The position numbers and the translations under genes are program-made. Positions 59,651-64,000 of a stretch of 64,000 nucleotides of DNA are shown here, piece by piece (position 1 is the first letter of the stretch; each line of letters starts with the position of its first letter). The DNA comes from Pseudomonadota bacterium (GTDB taxonomy: Bacteria > Pseudomonadota > Alphaproteobacteria > Rhizobiales > JAKSCL01): assembly GCA_039026395.1 (NCBI GenBank), contig JBCCMK010000007.1:1623-65622 (forward strand), read 5' to 3'. Under the pieces are notes generated by a model, which was given only the letters and a program-made list of their open reading frames with translations, was not told the origin of the DNA and ran no database searches.

Positions 59651-61006
59651 ATGAGCCTCTATCGACAGCTTCAAGAACGCCACGCGCAAGATACGCCCGT
59701 TCGCGTTGGCGTCGTTGGTGCCGGCAAGTTCGGCACTATGTTCCTCGCGCAAGTCTTGCGTCTTCCAGGCGTTCATGTCGTTGGCGTTGCTGATCTGGAT
59801 GTGGCGCGGGCGCGGTCAAACATGGCGCTTGCCGAGTGGCCGGACGATCAGTTCAACGCTTCGAGTTTAGACGCCGCCTTTCAGTCAGGGACCACATATG
59901 TGACGGACGATGTGCAAGCTTTGATCCGCTCTGCATTGGTCGACATTATCGTAGAGTGCACGGGGAATCCGGTCGTTGCGGTCGAGCACCTTTTAGCGGC
60001 CTTCGAATGTGGAAAGCACGTTGTGAGCGCCACCGTGGAAGCGGATGCGCTATGCGGCGCAGCCTTAGCACAGAAGGCGCGCGATGCAGGCGTTGTCTAT
60101 TCCATGGCGTTTGGCGACCAGCCCGCCTTGGTGTGCGACTTGGTCGACTGGGCACGCACTTGCGGTTTTGAAGTGGCAGCCGCTGGTCGTGGCCACAAGT
60201 GGAAGCCAGAATATCGCTTCTCCACGCCGGACACGATCTGGGACCATTGGGGCCTCACGCCTGAACAGGCCGCACGGGGGCGGCTGAATCCCAAAATGTT
60301 CAATTCGTTCTTGGACGGCACGAAACCAGCGATTGAAAGCGCGGCGATCGCGAACGCATGCGGATTGGGGGTCCCGACGAACGGGTTGATCTATCCCCCG
60401 GGCTCGATTGACGATTTGCCCAACCAGATGCGGCCTAAAAGTGAGGGTGGCGTTCTTGAAGACCTCGGCATGGTCGAAGTGCAAAATTGTCTCGACGCTG
60501 AAGGCGACGCGATCGATTACGACATTCGCATGGGCGTCTTTGTCTGCGTGCGCGCCGTTACCGAGTACCAGAAAAACTGCCTGGAGGAGTACAAGGTCCG
60601 CACCGACGATAGCGGTCGGTACATGTGTGCTTACAAACGCTGGCATCTGATTGGCCTCGAACTCGGCATGTCGGTCGCGAATGTCGCGTTACGAGAGGAA
60701 GCAACGGGCGTGGCCGAAGACTTCCGAGCCGATGTTGTGGCGGTATCAAAGCGTGGTCTGAAGGTCGGAGAAGTACTGGATGGCGAGGGTGGGTATACGG
60801 TTGCAGGCCAACTCCGCCCGACATCGGTGTCGGTTCCGATGAAGGCACTGCCGCTTGGGTTGGCAAACCACATTACGGTCGTCCGCGACGTCCCGTCTGA
60901 TCAAATTTTGACCTATGACGATGTCGAGATGTCATTCGACAGTTCTGCATCTCAACTTCGCCGCCAAATGGAGCAAACCTTCGCGACGGGGACGCATGGT
61001 GTTTGA
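59651..61006 (+). CDS. NAD(P)-dependent oxidoreductase with C-terminal SAF domain (homoserine dehydrogenase-like, COG4091)
   Basis: GAGKFG, GDQPA, MFNSFLDGTK, HLIGLE and LDGEGGY. Confidence 0.85.
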   Translation: MSLYRQLQERHAQDTPVRVGVVGAGKFGTMFLAQVLRLPGVHVVGVADLDVARARSNMALAEWPDDQFNASSLDAAFQSGTTYVTDDVQALIRSALVDIIVECTGNPVVAVEHLLAAFECGKHVVSATVEADALCGAALAQKARDAGVVYSMAFGDQPALVCDLVDWARTCGFEVAAAGRGHKWKPEYRFSTPDTIWDHWGLTPEQAARGRLNPKMFNSFLDGTKPAIESAAIANACGLGVPTNGLIYPPGSIDDLPNQMRPKSEGGVLEDLGMVEVQNCLDAEGDAIDYDIRMGVFVCVRAVTEYQKNCLEEYKVRTDDSGRYMCAYKRWHLIGLELGMSVANVALREEATGVAEDFRADVVAVSKRGLKVGEVLDGEGGYTVAGQLRPTSVSVPMKALPLGLANHITVVRDVPSDQILTYDDVEMSFDSSASQLRRQMEQTFATGTHGV

Positions 61007-61167
61007 GCTGCGGCCGATTCTGCCGGTGACGCGCTGACGAAAATCCTGCAAGATCAAGAGAAATACGGATCGTTCCCGTTCGGCAAACTCATTTCTGCAC
61101 CCACCTCCTCAGAGTTTCTGCGTGAAAGCTGAGGGGTTCGGGGTAAGGGCCTGGAGACCTTGAGACT

Positions 61168-61404
61168 ATGAACTGCGTGTTTGTTCAAATCCGATGCGTT
61201 CCCGGTCGGACCTACTCAGTCGCCGACGCGATCGCGGCCAAGGAAATTCACTCTGAAATGTATTCCACCAGTGGAGACTTCGATCTTCTTTTGAAGATTT
61301 ATGTCCCGGAAGGCGAAGATGTCGGACGTTTCATCAACGACCACATCAGCACTGTTGAGGGAGTGGAACGCACCATGACAACGCTGACGTTCTCAGCATT
61401 TTGA
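61168..61404 (+). CDS. Stand-alone Lrp/AsnC ligand-binding domain protein
   Basis: 78 aa; YSTSGDFDLLLK...VEGVERTMT; no HTH. Confidence 0.85.
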   Translation: MNCVFVQIRCVPGRTYSVADAIAAKEIHSEMYSTSGDFDLLLKIYVPEGEDVGRFINDHISTVEGVERTMTTLTFSAF

Positions 61405-61430
61405 GACAAAGAAAAAGAGGGAGACTCACA

Positions 61431-62561
61431 ATGAAAAAATGGCTTCTAGCGACGGCGGCGGCGGGCATGCTCGCCGCACCCGCACTCGCAGACACCAAAG
61501 TTGGGATGATTACAACGCTGTCTGGCGGCGGGGCAGGCCTCGGCATTGACGTTCGCGATGGATTTTTGCTGGCAATCAAGCAATCCGGGCGTGACGATAT
61601 CGAAGTCGTGGTTGAAGACGATCAACGCAAGCCCGACATTGCCGTCCAGCTGGCAGACAAGATGATCCAGTCTGAAAAAGTCGACGTGCTGACGGGGATC
61701 ATTTGGTCAAACCTTGCCATGGCCGTTGTTCCGTCAGTGACCGCACAGGGCAAATTCTATCTGTCACCAAATGCGGGGCCTTCGCCGCTAGCGGGTAAAG
61801 GCTGCCATCAGAACTATTTCAACGTCGCCTGGCAGAATGACAATCTGCACGAGGCAGCTGGCGCCTACGCAAACACCACGAGTTATGAGAACAGCTTTAT
61901 CATGGCGCCGAACTATCCCGCCGGGAAAGATGCGCTAACCGGATATAAGCGGACATTTGAGGGGGGTGTTGCCAACGAGATTTACACCCAACTTGGCCAG
62001 ACCGACTATGCCGCTGAGATCGCTCAGATCCGGGCGTCGGGCGCCGACAGTGTGTTTTTCTTCCTACCCGGCGGCATGGGAATCTCGTTCCTGAAACAAT
62101 ATTCCGATAGCGGCGTCGATATTCCTGTCATTGGCCCCGCCTTCAGTTTTGATCAGGGCATTTTGCAGGCGGTTGGCGACGCAGCGCTTGGCGTTGTAAA
62201 CACCTCGCAATGGAACAAAGACATCGACAACCCAACAAACGCGGCCTTCGTTTCGAGCTTTGAGGCCGAGTACGGTCGGCTTCCGTCGCTCTACGCGAGC
62301 CAAGGTTTCGACACGGCAAATCTCTTGATCTCTGCCATTGAAGCGGCAGACGTTTCCGACGCTGGCGCCTTCCGCGATGCCTTAAGGGCGGCCAATTTCG
62401 ACAGCACGCGCGGCGATTTCAGCTTTGGTTCGAACCATCATCCGGTCCAGACGATCTACGCGCGCGAAGTCATCAAAGAAGGTGACGTCTTCACAAACAA
62501 GATCATCGGCACGGCGCTTGAAAACCATGCAGACGTCTACGCCGCTGATTGCAAGATGTAA
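61431..62561 (+). CDS. Liv-type ABC substrate-binding protein (possibly aromatic acids)
   Basis: Signal peptide; ITTLSGG, EDDQRKP, SPNAGPS and PNYPAGKD; GAGGGAG SD. Confidence 0.9.
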   Translation: MKKWLLATAAAGMLAAPALADTKVGMITTLSGGGAGLGIDVRDGFLLAIKQSGRDDIEVVVEDDQRKPDIAVQLADKMIQSEKVDVLTGIIWSNLAMAVVPSVTAQGKFYLSPNAGPSPLAGKGCHQNYFNVAWQNDNLHEAAGAYANTTSYENSFIMAPNYPAGKDALTGYKRTFEGGVANEIYTQLGQTDYAAEIAQIRASGADSVFFFLPGGMGISFLKQYSDSGVDIPVIGPAFSFDQGILQAVGDAALGVVNTSQWNKDIDNPTNAAFVSSFEAEYGRLPSLYASQGFDTANLLISAIEAADVSDAGAFRDALRAANFDSTRGDFSFGSNHHPVQTIYAREVIKEGDVFTNKIIGTALENHADVYAADCKM

Positions 62562-62657
62562 GCATCGTCAAATGAGCTTCGGGGTTCCTCCCCGGGGCAT
62601 TCACCTCTTCACGCTCAGCTCAAAAACCCTGGATCTGGTCCAGGGCGATGGAGCGCC

Positions 62658-63578
62658 ATGTCCGCAATCCTCATCATCGAACAGGTTCTGAACGGCCTTC
62701 AGTTCGGCGTCATGCTGTTTTTGATGGCGGCAGGACTGACGCTCATCTTCGGCGTCATGGGCCTCATCAACCTCGCTCACGGATCACTATACATGGTGGG
62801 AGCGTTCGCGGCAGCCTGGGTGGCGGGGATAACAGGCTCCTTCGTTCTCGCACTTGCGGCTGCGCTGGCCGCAGCGGCGGCGGCGGGTGCACTAATTGAG
62901 ATCGTCGTCATCAGGCGGCTCTATAGGGCCGCCCATCTCGATCAGGTGCTTGCGACCTTCGCTTTGATCCTGATCTTTTCAGAAGGCACGCGCTTCGTTT
63001 TTGGGTCGTTCCCTCTGTTCCTCGACATTCCGGACTATCTCTCAGGCCCGATATCCTTGCCGGGAGGCATCGAATATCCACAATACCGGCTCGTGCTCAT
63101 CGGCATTGGGCTCTTCGTCGCGCTTGGTCTTTGGTGGCTCACAGCGAAAACCCGCGTCGGCATTCAGATCAGGGCAGGGGAGAATGACCGTGAGATGATC
63201 GCCGCCCTCGGCGTCGAAATCTCCAAACTTTACACACTCGTCTTTGCCCTCGGCGCGGCATTAGCCGGGTTGGCCGGCGCGCTTGTGGGCGCGATCCAGT
63301 CCGTCCAGGTCGGAATGGGGGAGCCTGTTTTGATCCTCGCCTTCGTCGTTATCGTGATCGGCGGGATCGGCTCCATCCGGGGGGCATTTATCGGCGCACT
63401 GTTAGTGGGGCTGACGGATACGCTCGGTGGCGTGTTTCTGCCTGAATTCTTTAAGCTCTTTATGGAAAGCGGCGCAGCCACGCAGACCGGATCTGCGCTC
63501 GCGTCAATGGCAGTCTACATCTTGATGAGCGTGGTTCTGATCCTTCGGCCTTCCGGCCTATTTGGAGCGCGCGCGTGA
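62658..63578 (+). CDS. Branched-chain amino acid-type ABC permease (LivH-like)
   Basis: AAGLTLIFGVMGLINLAHG and VVIVIGGIGS. Confidence 0.93.
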   Translation: MSAILIIEQVLNGLQFGVMLFLMAAGLTLIFGVMGLINLAHGSLYMVGAFAAAWVAGITGSFVLALAAALAAAAAAGALIEIVVIRRLYRAAHLDQVLATFALILIFSEGTRFVFGSFPLFLDIPDYLSGPISLPGGIEYPQYRLVLIGIGLFVALGLWWLTAKTRVGIQIRAGENDREMIAALGVEISKLYTLVFALGAALAGLAGALVGAIQSVQVGMGEPVLILAFVVIVIGGIGSIRGAFIGALLVGLTDTLGGVFLPEFFKLFMESGAATQTGSALASMAVYILMSVVLILRPSGLFGARA

Positions 63579-64000
63579 TCCAAGAGCGCTACATCAATGT
63601 GATCGTCGTCGCAGGCCTCATCGCGCTTCCATTATGGGCGTTGGCTGCTGATGAGATCTTCACCATCACACTGACGACCAGAGCGGTCATCCTGGCGCTT
63701 GCAGCCGTCGGGCTCAATATCGCGCTCGGCATTGGCGGAATGGTGTCGTTCGGCCACGCCGTCTTTTTCGGTCTTGGTGGCTACGCTATGGGCATCCTCG
63801 CGTTTCACGCTCAGACTTATGCGCCGCTGGAAATCGGCCCGCTCACGATAGCGGGGACCACCTCTATGCCAACAATATGGCTGGTTGCGACAGCCGTTTC
63901 CGCTCTTGCGGCTTGGCTGATTGGATTGCTGAGCCTGCGCACGACCGGCGTCTATTTCATCATGATCACGCTCGCGTTCGGGCAGATGTTTTTCTACTTC
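63575..64000 (+). CDS. Branched-chain amino acid-type ABC permease (LivM-like), partial
   Basis: GTGA overlap with the previous gene; manual translation shows GLNIALGIGGMVSFGHAVFFGLGGY...LRTTGVYFIMITLAFGQMFFY, running off the window. Confidence 0.9.
   Translation, partial: MIQERYINVIVVAGLIALPLWALAADEIFTITLTTRAVILALAAVGLNIALGIGGMVSFGHAVFFGLGGYAMGILAFHAQTYAPLEIGPLTIAGTTSMPTIWLVATAVSALAAWLIGLLSLRTTGVYFIMITLAFGQMFFYF

Noticed and set aside
61103-61137. Hairpin CTCCTCAG/CTGAGGGG upstream of the Lrp-domain gene as a riboswitch
   Set aside because: A single hairpin without a recognisable aptamer core; it may be only a terminator or stabiliser.

Overview
This window is mostly core chromosome of an alphaproteobacterium; gene content and order point to Hyphomicrobiales/Rhizobiales. 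The recognisable backbone is eipB, dinB, divK-pleD, rpmG, rnr, topA, dprA, plsY, pyrC'/pyrB, ruvX, gatCAB, cysE, hisI, folE, yidD, thrS, NAD kinase, rlmB and three tRNAs (Thr-TGT, Tyr-GTA, Gly-TCC). Accessory inserts are a LacI-regulated inositol-type ABC transporter, an AtzG/AtzE amidase pair, a Gmad2-LysM protein and, right of tRNA-Gly, a PBP4, a SAF-domain oxidoreductase and a Liv-type ABC transporter. I see no CRISPR array, integrase, transposase, prophage or defence island, and no clear multi-gene novel system. The most unusual signals lie outside the annotated ORFs: (1) a 270-bp CTAG-bounded MITE-like element (56834-57103) that can fold into a Y-shaped structure and contains the rlmB stop codon; (2) a structured 3'-UTR RNA with a triple-UCCCC loop and UUCG terminator (G-quadruplex motif on the other strand) behind a CtrA-boxed PAS-PilZ-LapG-like protease cluster; (3) an in-frame amber codon in the DUF3572 gene divergent from divK; (4) an orphan small ORF with a perfect Shine-Dalgarno between pleD and rpmG. 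Family names come from motif recognition and memory, not from database searches.
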